Position numbers and translations under genes: made by a program. The notes below the pieces were generated by a model. That model was not told where the DNA came from. It did no database searches and saw only the letters and a program-made list of their open reading frames with translations. Source: an uncultured Chloroflexia bacterium (lineage in GTDB: Bacteria > Chloroflexota > Limnocylindria > Limnocylindrales > CSP1-4). Taken from it: a DNA stretch of 64,000 nt. Below, in pieces: positions 10,764-20,700 of this stretch (positions are counted from its first letter, which is position 1; each line of letters begins with the position of its first letter). The stretch spans positions 53,565 through 117,564 of the forward strand of contig CAVYBU010000021.1 of the NCBI GenBank assembly GCA_963766735.1, read 5' to 3'.

Positions 10764-11714
10764 ATGGCCGAGACGTTCCGGCACTTCACCGTCGACCAGC
10801 TGGGGGATGGGGTCTGGGCGGTCCTGCACCGGACGGCCCCTCCGGCCCCCGACGCCTGGGCCGTCTCGAACGCCGGGATCGTCGACCTCGGCGATCGGAC
10901 GCTGGTGTTCGACACGCTGATGTCGCCCGACGCCGCCCGGGAGCTTCGCATGGCCGCAGAGGAGCTCACGGGTCGGCTGCCGGATGTCGTGGTCTACAGC
11001 CACGCTCACAACGACCACACCTGGGGTGGGAGCGTCTTCCCGGAGGCGACGATCGTGTCCAGCGGCCAGGCAAGGGCGGCCATGGTCGCCGATGGGCATC
11101 TCGAGGTCGCCGACTTCCGCGAGGTCGTCACGGACCGGCTGGCGTTCTGGGCGGACGCGGCATCGAGCGACGATCCCGTCGTGCGCCATGACGCTCCGTT
11201 CTTCCTGCCGTACTGGAATGGAGTTGCCGCCGCCCTGCCGACGCTCGACCTGCGCTACCCGGACGTGACGTTCGATGACCGCCTGGAGCTGCACGGACGC
11301 GACCGGCGGGTCGAGCTGGTGGCGACCGATCGGGCGCATGCGGCGGGCGACACGTTCCTCCTTGTACCCGACGCCCGCGTCGCGTTCTGCGGCGACCTGC
11401 TGTTCGTCGGTTGCCACCCGTTCCTCGGCGACGGCGACATCTTCGGTCTCCGGGCCTCGCTCCGGGCCCTGGAGGTGAGCGGCGCGGACCGCTTCGTGCC
11501 GGGTCACGGGCCGGTGGGCGGGGCCGCCGAGCTCGGTGCGCTCGCGCGATACATCGACGATGTCGAGCAGCTCGGCACCGCGGGCCGGGAGAACACCCCG
11601 ATACCCGATCCGTACCGGTCGTGGGGGTTCGCCCGGTTCTTCGCCCCGAACGTCGCCTTCCGTGCCGGCGGTGGCCGCCAGGCGGAGGCGGCGCCCGGAG
11701 ATCAGGCGGGCTGA
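10764..11714 (+). CDS. MBL-fold metallo-hydrolase
   Basis: SNAGIV, SHAHNDHTWG (HxHxDH), GDLLF and VPGHG. Confidence 0.9.
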   Translation: MAETFRHFTVDQLGDGVWAVLHRTAPPAPDAWAVSNAGIVDLGDRTLVFDTLMSPDAARELRMAAEELTGRLPDVVVYSHAHNDHTWGGSVFPEATIVSSGQARAAMVADGHLEVADFREVVTDRLAFWADAASSDDPVVRHDAPFFLPYWNGVAAALPTLDLRYPDVTFDDRLELHGRDRRVELVATDRAHAAGDTFLLVPDARVAFCGDLLFVGCHPFLGDGDIFGLRASLRALEVSGADRFVPGHGPVGGAAELGALARYIDDVEQLGTAGRENTPIPDPYRSWGFARFFAPNVAFRAGGGRQAEAAPGDQAG

Positions 11715-11795
11715 CGTCCGGGGGCGCCGCGGACTGATGTCAGGGGCGCCGCGGCCCGGCACATGACGCTGGGTGCCAGGTGGCAGAGCTCGACG

Positions 11796-12914
11796 CTACG
11801 GAATGAGGCGGTAGAAGCGCCAGAAGTCGGTCTCGATCGGCAGGATGTCCACCCGGCTGTAGCCGGCCTCCGCCGCGAACCGCCGAAGCACGTCCGGGCG
11901 CATCACCGTTCCGGTGCCGGCCGACGGTTCGTCGGCAAGCACGTTCGGCAGGCAGAGCAGGAAGCTGAAGCCGTACATGAAGCGCTCGACCGCGTCGCCC
12001 GGCGCGGTGAAGTGCTCGGCGACCCGCTCGTCGGCGACGAGCAGGCTGCCGCCTGGCGCCAGGAGCCCCCGAACCGCGCGGAGGACGGCGACCGGCTGGG
12101 AGAAGTCGTGCACCGCCTCGAAGATGGTCGCCAGATCGTACTGGCCGGCAAGGCCCGGATCGGCGGCATCGCGGATGGAGAAGGTAACCCGGTCTGCGAC
12201 CTCGGTCTCCGCCAGGTTCGCACGCGCCAGATCGATCGAGCCCGGGTCAAGGTCCAGGCCGTCAACGTGGATCCGGGGATAGGCGCGGGCCATCGCGATG
12301 GCCGACCAGCCACCCCCAACGGCGATATCCGCAACGCGCGCGGGCGGATCGGAGCGGAGCCGGGCGTCGATATCCGGGATCCTGGCCAGCCATTCCGGCC
12401 CGAGAAGGTTGGCGAACATGGGCCGGTTCATCGACGCCTGTCCCTCGCGGACGTCGGCGCCGTACGCCTCCCACGACAGGCCGTCGCCGGTCCGGAAGGC
12501 GTCGAGCAGGCGCGGGGCCTGGGCGGCCATGCCCATCATCAACTTGGCAACGGGGGCCATGAACGCAAGGCTCTCCGGGTGGAGCAGGACCTCGCGATGA
12601 CCGTTCGGCAGCGAATACCGCCGCTCGTCCTCGCCGGCTCCCTGGTCGTCCACGGTGAGGATGCCCGTCACCGCCTGCTGTTCGAGCCACTCCCGGATGT
12701 ACCGCGGCGCCGTGCCGGTCGCGACGGCCAGCTCGGGGGCGGTGTGCGACCCGCCGGCGAGCGCCGCGTAGAGGCCGAGTCGCTCGCCCACGTGCAGCGC
12801 CGCGATATCGAACGTGCCGAGGGCCGCCTCGAACAGCCGCCCGACCAGCGCGTCGCGGACCTCCTCGTCATTCGGGGTGGGCATCTCGGTCATGCCGGCC
12901 GCCGGAGTGTCCAT
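11796..12914 (-). CDS. Class I SAM-dependent methyltransferase with N-terminal winged helix (Rv2258c-like)
   Basis: GERLGLYAAL, RYIREWL, VADIAVGGGWS and FEAVHD. Confidence 0.9.
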   Translation of the reverse strand: MDTPAAGMTEMPTPNDEEVRDALVGRLFEAALGTFDIAALHVGERLGLYAALAGGSHTAPELAVATGTAPRYIREWLEQQAVTGILTVDDQGAGEDERRYSLPNGHREVLLHPESLAFMAPVAKLMMGMAAQAPRLLDAFRTGDGLSWEAYGADVREGQASMNRPMFANLLGPEWLARIPDIDARLRSDPPARVADIAVGGGWSAIAMARAYPRIHVDGLDLDPGSIDLARANLAETEVADRVTFSIRDAADPGLAGQYDLATIFEAVHDFSQPVAVLRAVRGLLAPGGSLLVADERVAEHFTAPGDAVERFMYGFSFLLCLPNVLADEPSAGTGTVMRPDVLRRFAAEAGYSRVDILPIETDFWRFYRLIP

Positions 12915-13104
12915 CGCCGTACCTCCCGCGCGCAGATGACCGCACGCAAGCAGGCTGCGAGCGGGGGACGCGCGCTCCATTGGGACCCTTCAGCGGATCC
13001 GCTGCGCGGCACTCTACCTCGTTGCGCGCGCCGGGCACCGCGCCCCGCGCGCGATGGGCCGTTCGCCTCTGCTGCCCGATCGAGGGGCCGGGGACACTCA
13101 GCCC

Positions 13105-14532
13105 GTGAAGCGGATGGGGGTTCTGGCGGTAGTCGGGTCGCTGGCGGCAGTTGGGGCCCTGGTCGGGCCTCGCCTGTGGCGACGAATGCTGGACTGGGGT
13201 GCAACAGCCGAGGAGACCCGCCGTCCGCTCCAGGGCGACGAGCTTCTCCCGGACGCGGACCTGGTCGCCACCCGGGCCATCTCGATTGACGCGTCGCCCG
13301 CCGACGTGTGGCCCTGGCTGGTGCAGATCGGCGTGGGCAGGGCCGGGGCCTACGCCTACGACTGGCTGGACCGGTTGTTCGGGCTCGACATGCGAAGCAG
13401 CCGGAGGATCGTGCCGGAGCTCCAGGGCCTGGCCGTCGGCGACATGGTCCCCGTGTCCAACGACGGGACCGGGCTGCGCGTGCGGGCCATCGAGCAGGAG
13501 AGCGTGCTGGCGACCAGCACCGACGACGGGACGTGGGCGTGGACCTGGATCCTGGAGCCTGCCGGCGACGCCACGCGGCTCATCAGCCGCACCCGGATGG
13601 CGACCGCCCACCAGCCGCTGCTCGTCCGCACGGCGACCTGGCTGCTGCTGGTGCCCGCCTCGTGGGTCATGGAACGCCGGATGCTGTTCGGTCTCCGCGA
13701 CCGGGCCGAGGGGAGGATCGACGCGGCGACAGACGAACATCAGACGGCCGCCCGGACCACCGATGGGGAGATCGCGCCGGGGGTGCACCTCCTCGGGCCG
13801 TGGGGTCGCACGCAGACCAACGCCTACCTGGTCCGCGACGGGTCGTCGTGGATCCTGGTCGACGCCGGCTGGCAGAACGACGCCGCCCGGATCCAGGCGG
13901 CCGCGCGCTCGCTGCTCGGGCCCGACGAGGCGCCCTCGGCCATCCTCCTGACCCACGCACATCCGGATCACGAAGGATCGGCTCGCGAACTGGCCCGCGC
14001 CTGGGGATGCCCCGTCTTCGCGCACCCCACCGAGATCCCGCTCGCCACCGGCGATTTCGCGGCCATGAGGCGCTTTGCCGGGCCGCTGGACCGCTGGCTG
14101 ATCCTGCCCATCATGCGAGCCATCGGTGGGCGCCGGCGCGAGGCGGCTCTCGCCCGCTCCAGCCTGGCCGGGTTCGTGCAGGCTCTTCCCCCCGGGGGCG
14201 TGATCCCGGGCATCGAAGGCTGGCACTGGATCCCCACGCCCGGCCACACCCCGGGGCACGTCGCGTACGTCAGGGCGAGCGACCGGGTGGTCATCAGCGG
14301 CGACGCGATCCTGACCCTCAGGGTCAACGCCTTGTCGGGCATCCTGCGGGGGAGTCAGGGCCTATCGGGCCCGCCCTGGTACACGACCTGGGATCGGCAC
14401 GCCGCGATCGACTCGATCGCCGCCATCGCCGACCTCGAACCGTCCGTCCTTGCCGCCGGACATGGCCTGCCGCTGGCGGGCCCTGGGACGGCCGCCGCGG
14501 TCGCCGCGTTTGCCGCGCGGGTCAGATCGTGA
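13105..14532 (+). CDS. Fusion of an SRPBCC/START-like domain and an MBL-fold hydrolase
   Basis: N-terminus WGATAEE..LQGD...VWPWLVQIG.GRAGAYAYDWL. C-terminus THAHPDH, TPGHTPGH, SGDA and AGHG. One continuous frame. Confidence 0.8.
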   Translation: MKRMGVLAVVGSLAAVGALVGPRLWRRMLDWGATAEETRRPLQGDELLPDADLVATRAISIDASPADVWPWLVQIGVGRAGAYAYDWLDRLFGLDMRSSRRIVPELQGLAVGDMVPVSNDGTGLRVRAIEQESVLATSTDDGTWAWTWILEPAGDATRLISRTRMATAHQPLLVRTATWLLLVPASWVMERRMLFGLRDRAEGRIDAATDEHQTAARTTDGEIAPGVHLLGPWGRTQTNAYLVRDGSSWILVDAGWQNDAARIQAAARSLLGPDEAPSAILLTHAHPDHEGSARELARAWGCPVFAHPTEIPLATGDFAAMRRFAGPLDRWLILPIMRAIGGRRREAALARSSLAGFVQALPPGGVIPGIEGWHWIPTPGHTPGHVAYVRASDRVVISGDAILTLRVNALSGILRGSQGLSGPPWYTTWDRHAAIDSIAAIADLEPSVLAAGHGLPLAGPGTAAAVAAFAARVRS

Positions 14533-15500
14533 TGACGAGCTTCCCCTGTGCCTTGCCCGTCCGCCAGGTACCGGATCGCGTCCGGGGTCTCGCTCAGCGG
14601 GTAGCGTCGGTCGATGACCGGTACCACGGTGCCGGCCTCCAGCATCTCCCCGAGGATCCCCATCTCCTCCGGGTCGTTGGGCTTCCAGGCAATCATCAGC
14701 CCCATCTTGCGGCTCCCGGAGCGGGAGATCAGCCACCCGACCACCAGCGTCTGCAGGATCCGCGCGGTCGATGGACTCCCGAATGACTGGTAGACGCCGT
14801 TCGGCGTCAGCGCTCGCCGGACGGCCACCACCGAGCGGTTCCCGGCGGTATCGAGGATCCGGTCGTACCGCTGCCCGCGCCGGGTGTAGTCCTCGCGCGT
14901 GTAGTCGATGACGTGGTCGGCGCCGAGCGAGCGGACGAAGTCCAGCTTGGAGGTACGGCTGACGCCGGTCACCTCGGCCCCGGCCGCCTTGGCCATCTGC
15001 ACCGCGAACGGCCCCACGCACCCCGACGCGCCGTTGATGAGCACCCTGTCGCCGGGCCGCACGCCGTTCCGGCCGCCCAGACCCTCCAGGGCCAGGATCG
15101 CGGATTGCGGCACGGTGGACGCCTGCTCGAACGAGATGCCGGCCGGGATCGGGTGCCACGCCTGCTCGGGCGCACAGGCGAGCTCCGCGAACGCGCCGTG
15201 ACCATGCCCGGTGAGATCGGCATAGACGCGATCGCCGGGCTTGAGCCGGGTCACGCCCGACCCCACCGCCTCGACCTCGCCGGCCGCGTCCAGCCCCATG
15301 CGCAGGATCTTCGGCGTCCGCAGCCCCATGACCGCACGCGTGATGGCCGGCTTGCCGGTGAGGTAGTCCACGTCGGCCCGGTTGACGGATGCCGCACGGA
15401 TCCGGACCAGCACCTCGCCATCGGCGGGCACGGGTGTGGGCACCTCCTCCAGGCGGAGGATGTCGGGACTCCCGTACGCGGAACGGACGATGGCGAGCAT
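14522..15500 (-). CDS. NAD(P)-dependent MDR / quinone oxidoreductase-like alcohol dehydrogenase (frameshift at ~14557)
   Basis: YGSPDIL, INGASGCVGPFAVQMAK and LGADHVIDY. Removing one G restores the typical ending GKAQGKLVITI*. Confidence 0.88.
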
Positions 15501-15623
15501 CCGCGAACCATACCCCGTCAGCACGCCGCGGACTCCTGGGTGGGCGAGCGGGGTTGCTCACCCCCTCTGGTCATGCCAGCGACCGGGGGTTAGACTCGGC
15601 CACTCGCCGCGCCGGGAGGTCAG

Positions 15624-16535
15624 ATGCGCAGTCTCGAGATCGGTCTCGTGCTCCCGATGGGAGAGTCGTTCGTCGATGGTTCGACCGCTCGCTGGGCCGA
15701 GATCCGGGAGCTTGCCGTGCGCGCGGAGGTGCTCGGCTTCGACACCGTCTGGATCGCGGACGAGCTGCTCTGGCGCCCGCCCGAGGGTGAGACCCACGGC
15801 TGGTGGGAGTGCGTCTCGATGACCGGCGCCGTTGCTGCGGCGACCTCCAGGATCAAGGTGGGCACGTGGGTCCTCTCCGCCCTGCACCGGAACCCGGGGA
15901 TCACGGCCAAGGCGGCCGAGACGATCGACGAGATCAGCGGCGGCCGCTTCGTCCTGGGGCTCGGCTCCGGTCATGCAGGCGGCCAGGCCCACGCCTTCGG
16001 ATTACCCGAGGATCGCGTCTTCGGGCGCTTTGCGGAGGCGGTCGAGGTCATCGTCCCGCTCCTGCGGCAGGGTCACGCGGACTTCGAGGGAAGCTTCCAC
16101 GCGGCGCGAGACCTCGAACATCGGCCGGTCGGACCCCGGCCGGGCCGCATCCCGATCATGATGGGCGCCAAGGGTCCGAAGATGCTCCAGCTGGCGGTGC
16201 GGCACGCCGACACCTGGAGCTGGTACGTGGAGGAGCGGAGCGACCTCACGGAGTTCGGCCCTCGTCTCGAGACGCTCCTGGCGGCATGCGACGAGGCCGA
16301 CCGGGATCCCGCCACGATCGGCAGGTCGGCGGGCATCGTCGTCGAGCCCACCTCGGTCACGGGGGCCGCCGATGTGGTGGGGGTGCCCATCGGCGGCACG
16401 TCCAGGCAGATCGCGGACGCCTTCCGCGCGTTCGGTGCCGCGGGCTTCACCCAGCTTGAGGTCATCCTCTGGCCTCCGACGCTCGCTTCACTCGAGGCAA
16501 TGGCGCCGGTGATCGACCTCCTGGACGGCGACTGA
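15624..16535 (+). CDS. LLM class flavin-dependent oxidoreductase
   Basis: GFDTVWIADE, AAATSRIKVGT, IDEISGGRFVLGLGSG and IPIMMGAKGPKML. Confidence 0.9.
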   Translation: MRSLEIGLVLPMGESFVDGSTARWAEIRELAVRAEVLGFDTVWIADELLWRPPEGETHGWWECVSMTGAVAAATSRIKVGTWVLSALHRNPGITAKAAETIDEISGGRFVLGLGSGHAGGQAHAFGLPEDRVFGRFAEAVEVIVPLLRQGHADFEGSFHAARDLEHRPVGPRPGRIPIMMGAKGPKMLQLAVRHADTWSWYVEERSDLTEFGPRLETLLAACDEADRDPATIGRSAGIVVEPTSVTGAADVVGVPIGGTSRQIADAFRAFGAAGFTQLEVILWPPTLASLEAMAPVIDLLDGD

Positions 16536-16617
16536 TCGTGATCCGGGCCGATACCGGACGGCCTCGAGAGGTGCAGAGCGTCCCAGGAGACCCACCCATC
16601 CCCGCGAAGGAGACGCC

Positions 16618-16908
16618 GTGAAGAGGTTCCTGATGCTCCACTACGGCTACGAGGAGCCGACCCCCGAGGTCATGGCCGCCTGGCAGGCCTGGTTTGCCAA
16701 GGTGGGTGACCGGTTCGTGGATATCGGCAGCCCGCTGGGCAACTGCCTCGAGGTCACCAGGACCGGCACGCGCGAGCTGTCACCCGACACCGGGGCGGCG
16801 ACGGGCTACTCGATCCTCTCCGCCGAGAGCCGGGAGGAGGCCGAGCGCCTGCTCGAGGGCTGCCCCATCATCGCGAGCGTCCGGCTCTACGAAGCGATGG
16901 CGATGTAG
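16618..16908 (+). CDS. YCII/DGPF-related small protein
   Basis: MKRFLMLHYG...WQAWF...TGYSILSAESREEA...CP. Preceded by an AAGGAG RBS. Confidence 0.7.
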   Translation: MKRFLMLHYGYEEPTPEVMAAWQAWFAKVGDRFVDIGSPLGNCLEVTRTGTRELSPDTGAATGYSILSAESREEAERLLEGCPIIASVRLYEAMAM

Positions 16909-18336
16909 CTACCAGGTCTGCCTCGGTCCGCGCCACGCCCGGTCGTCGCGGATGCCGAACAGCAGGCGGCTCCGCGCATCCATGCTGTCCGCCATCGTCT
17001 CGCCGAGATCGAGCGATCGGATGGCCTCCGTGGAGCAGTGGCGGGTGATCAGGTCATGCGCCAGGTCGGGCTTCCCGGCCGCCATGAGCATCTCCGCCGC
17101 ATCCACGACGCTGGCGATGCTCGCTGCCTGTTCGCGCTCGAACGCCTCCCAGACCGGCGTGACCTCGGGCAGGAACATCTCGTGGTGCTCCGCCAGCAGG
17201 TACAGCAGCCGCTTGAAGACCGCGACCGCCGACCGCGTCGCCTCGATGCGCTGGGGCACGGCCGACGGGATGTCATCGGGGTCCGAGTCGTCGATGAACG
17301 CGGCCGCCTCGCCGTCGAGCAGGTACCGGTGCGCCCGGAACTCGGGTGGGATCGCGCGCACGCCGAGAAGGAACGGCGTGAACGGCGCCGCGATCGGGCC
17401 GACCGGCGCGTGCCACATCAGGCGCAGCTCAGGGGCGTGGGCCGGGCGGAGCGGTACGACCTGGCCGTATCCGGCGGTATCGCCGGTCATGCGTTCCGTG
17501 CGCACCGCCCACATGACGTCGGCGAGCGTGAGGCCGCCGTGCTCGGACGCGCGCCCGGTGAGCTCGTCCTCCATCCAGGCCACCCCCGGCCACCGGCCCT
17601 TGCCGTCACCGTAGACCGCGTTCACGTCGAAGGGCTCGCCGCGATCCGGGTCGTACCAGCCGCGTTCGATGGCGAACGAGATCAGGTGCGCGGACCCCAT
17701 GAAGTCGGGTCGGTCAGCGAAGTCGGGGGGAACCTCTCGGATGTAGCCCGGCCGGCTCACGCGCACGCCGTCGGACCGCAGGCGTTCGGCCACCCACAGC
17801 CCCTGGCTTCCCGCGAGCTCGATCACCACCCAGGCTTCGACGTCGTCGGCGATCAGGTGCGAGTTGCCGCCGTAGGTCGTCTCCCCGTGCGCCGCGATCA
17901 TGCTGCCGATGAGCTCGACGCCCTCGCGCGCCGACCTCGCCCGGTCCAGCACGATGCGCGCGAGGTCGCTGTACGTGGGACCCGCCTGGTCGGCGCGTGT
18001 CATTGCCTGCAGACGCGGGCTGCTCGGTGACCACACGTCGCGCACGGCCACGCCGTGCTCGTTCAGCCCGCCGTTGGTCAGCGGGCCGGGCAGCCCCCGG
18101 TAGTGGGAGTAGCTGACGCGCAGGTGTCGGGCCGTCTCGGAGGCCTGCGGGATCACGCTGCGGATCCCCGGCATCGCGGCTGCGGCGGTCGCACCGATCT
18201 CCATCGTCGCGCCGGGCGCGTGTTGCTGGCGAGGGACGATCTCGAGCCAGTGTCCGGACGGCTCGTCCCCGTAGCCCGCGAGGTAGCCGTGACCGTCGGC
18301 GGTCAGATCCTTCCCGATGTAGATCGCGTAGCTCAC
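16909..18336 (-). CDS. Peptidase C69-like (Ntn-hydrolase) dipeptidase with N-terminal Ser
   Basis: A GGAGGAG RBS precedes the GTG at 18336. Sequence begins (M)SYAIYIGKDLTADG and includes NGGLNEHGVAV, SAREGVELIG and GNSHLIADD.EAW. Confidence 0.8.
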   Translation of the reverse strand: MSYAIYIGKDLTADGHGYLAGYGDEPSGHWLEIVPRQQHAPGATMEIGATAAAAMPGIRSVIPQASETARHLRVSYSHYRGLPGPLTNGGLNEHGVAVRDVWSPSSPRLQAMTRADQAGPTYSDLARIVLDRARSAREGVELIGSMIAAHGETTYGGNSHLIADDVEAWVVIELAGSQGLWVAERLRSDGVRVSRPGYIREVPPDFADRPDFMGSAHLISFAIERGWYDPDRGEPFDVNAVYGDGKGRWPGVAWMEDELTGRASEHGGLTLADVMWAVRTERMTGDTAGYGQVVPLRPAHAPELRLMWHAPVGPIAAPFTPFLLGVRAIPPEFRAHRYLLDGEAAAFIDDSDPDDIPSAVPQRIEATRSAVAVFKRLLYLLAEHHEMFLPEVTPVWEAFEREQAASIASVVDAAEMLMAAGKPDLAHDLITRHCSTEAIRSLDLGETMADSMDARSRLLFGIRDDRAWRGPRQTW

Positions 18337-18496
18337 GACCGCTCCTCCGCCCGGTACCCCGGTGTTCCTGGAGGCAGGATACGGCGACGGCACCGGCCCC
18401 ATCGGCGACCGCCGTCGCTGGGTGATCGGGGGTTCCCGGTGGTAGGGTCGGGGAGGATGGCCGGCCGACGATGGCCCGGGCGCGGCAGGGCTGAGG

Positions 18497-20563
18497 GTGA
18501 TGGACGGACGGCTGACGGCGATCCTGGGCCAGGTCTTCGGACCCGCGGACGCCACGCGTGGCCTGCCGATCCTCGACCTGTCGCCGTGGCTCCGCGATGG
18601 TGTCGACCCGATCGCGCAGGTGACGGCCGCGTTCCTCGTGGCTGCCGCAGGCGCCGCCCATCCGGACCACGACCGGGCCCTGGCCGCGCTGACGTCCCCG
18701 GCGGCGGAGCCGGCCGCCCACCTCGCCGCCTTCTACCGCACCGGCCTCGACCGGATGACGGCCGAGATCGAGCGTGTCACGGCCGAGAACCCGGAGGTTG
18801 CCGCACGACTGGGCTCCGCGGCAGTCGATCTCAACGCCTCGACGGGCGTCGATGACACCCGGGAGGCGATCTGGGCGGCGTTCTTTCCGCAGGCGGTCGG
18901 CATCCTCGGCAACGAGGGAGAAGGCATCCGCGAGCTGCGTTCGACTCGGACCGTCACCGTCACCCGGCTGGCTCCGGATCCGATGGCGGACCCAGCGCGC
19001 GACGTCCTGTTCACCTCCAACGTCCTGCTCACGATCCCGGCCGCGACCACCGACCTTGAGGCCCTCCCGTACCCGCAGCGACTCCGTGACGCGATCACGG
19101 CCGCCGCCGACGAGCCGCAGCACTACTGGTACGACCACCCCATCCAGCTTGGTGTGGAGCCGGCCGGCAACGAGCTGCTCTACGGGCTGCGCGGGCTTGA
19201 CGCGGCCGTGGACGCCGAGCCGGGGGCCGCGCGCGTCACGTGCCTGCTCTCCGTGAGCGTGACGCACGATGGCCTGGGCGCGGTTGCGCGGCCATACATT
19301 GAAGCTGAGCTCGAGCGCGCCGGGGGCCTGCGTCACCTGGATGTCGTCGTCGTGACGGAAGCCGACGCGCTGCGGCTGGTGGACGAGGTGATCGTCCCGG
19401 CCCTGGCTCTCCGGATGGGCGAATCCGCCGCGGTGGCCGCGGCTCCGGGATTGCGTGCCGTGGTGGGGGTGGATGGCGAGTACGGCCGCCACTACAGCTT
19501 CCTGAAGGCCATCGCCGCGGTCTGGCACGTCGCGATCGACCCTGCCGTGCGCGCGACGTTCAAGATCGACCTGGACCAGGTCTTCCCGCAGGACGTGCTC
19601 GTCGCAGAGACCGGCCGCACTGCGTTCGGACATCTCGCCACCCCGCTTTGGGGCGCGATCGGCCGCGATGCCGATGGTCGCGATATCGAGCTCGGCATGC
19701 TCGCCGGCGCGCTGGTCAACGAACGTGACATCGCGCGCGGCCTGTTCACTCCGGACGTTGACCTCCCGGGCCGACCACCCAGTCTCGACGAACACGTTGT
19801 CTTCAGTGCGCTCCCACAGGCCATCTCCACCCGGGCCGAGATGATGGAGCGCTACGACGGAGCGGCTGTCGACGGGGTGGGCCGCGCCATCGAGCGGGTC
19901 CACGTGACGGGCGGCACGAACGGCATCAGGGTGGACGCCCTGCGCCGTCATCGACCGTTCACCCCCACCTTCGTCGGCCGCGCGGAGGACCAGGCGTACG
20001 TCCTCTCGGCCCTCGGCCAACCTGGACCGCGGCTGGCCTACGCCCACGCGGCCGGCCTGGTCATGCGCCATGACAAGGAGGCCTTCGCCGGCGAGGCCAT
20101 GGCGGCGGCCCACGTCGGCAAGCTTGTCGGCGACGACGTCCGGATCGTCGTGTTCTCCGCCTACGCCGACGCGGCAGCCGGAGACGGCCTGGACGGCGCC
20201 CTGGATCGCGCCGCGCTGGGTCGGCTGCTGGATCCGTTCACCGGTGGCTTCGCATCCACCATTCCCCAGTCGCTTGTTCTCCTCCGCGTGGCCCTGCGGA
20301 CGCTGCGCATGTTCGCGGCCGGCCAGGTGGGGGATGCGCACGAGTACTGCTCCGTCGCCGCACGCCGCGTCGATGACGCCTTGCGGGTGTTCGGGGACAG
20401 CGCAGCGGTCGCCGCTCGCGTCCAGGCGGAACGGACCGCGTGGGGTCACTTCCACGACGCGCTCGACGCTCTCGAGGCCGGGATCGAGACAGGGGACGGG
20501 CGAGCCCTGGACCTGCGTGCGCGGGCCGTCCGAATCGTCGAGGAGTGCCGGGTCGTGGCGTGA
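18497..20563 (+). CDS. Hypothetical 688-aa protein with GT-A-like motifs
   Basis: Long ORF with normal amino-acid composition and enzyme-like blocks YWYDHPI, GEYGRHYSFLKAI, FKIDLDQVFP, HVTGGTNGI, GRAEDQAY and MRHDK. Confidence 0.8.
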   Translation: MMDGRLTAILGQVFGPADATRGLPILDLSPWLRDGVDPIAQVTAAFLVAAAGAAHPDHDRALAALTSPAAEPAAHLAAFYRTGLDRMTAEIERVTAENPEVAARLGSAAVDLNASTGVDDTREAIWAAFFPQAVGILGNEGEGIRELRSTRTVTVTRLAPDPMADPARDVLFTSNVLLTIPAATTDLEALPYPQRLRDAITAAADEPQHYWYDHPIQLGVEPAGNELLYGLRGLDAAVDAEPGAARVTCLLSVSVTHDGLGAVARPYIEAELERAGGLRHLDVVVVTEADALRLVDEVIVPALALRMGESAAVAAAPGLRAVVGVDGEYGRHYSFLKAIAAVWHVAIDPAVRATFKIDLDQVFPQDVLVAETGRTAFGHLATPLWGAIGRDADGRDIELGMLAGALVNERDIARGLFTPDVDLPGRPPSLDEHVVFSALPQAISTRAEMMERYDGAAVDGVGRAIERVHVTGGTNGIRVDALRRHRPFTPTFVGRAEDQAYVLSALGQPGPRLAYAHAAGLVMRHDKEAFAGEAMAAAHVGKLVGDDVRIVVFSAYADAAAGDGLDGALDRAALGRLLDPFTGGFASTIPQSLVLLRVALRTLRMFAAGQVGDAHEYCSVAARRVDDALRVFGDSAAVAARVQAERTAWGHFHDALDALEAGIETGDGRALDLRARAVRIVEECRVVA

Positions 20564-20700
20564 AGCCCCCGGGTACATCGCGCGGGAACGGCCGAACACC
20601 GGACGGACGGCGAGGCCGATTGGCCGATCGAGGGCTCCGGGTGTAGGGTCGAATCGAGGCTCGACGCCACGAGCCGATCGCGATTCCGGAGGGCGTCCCC

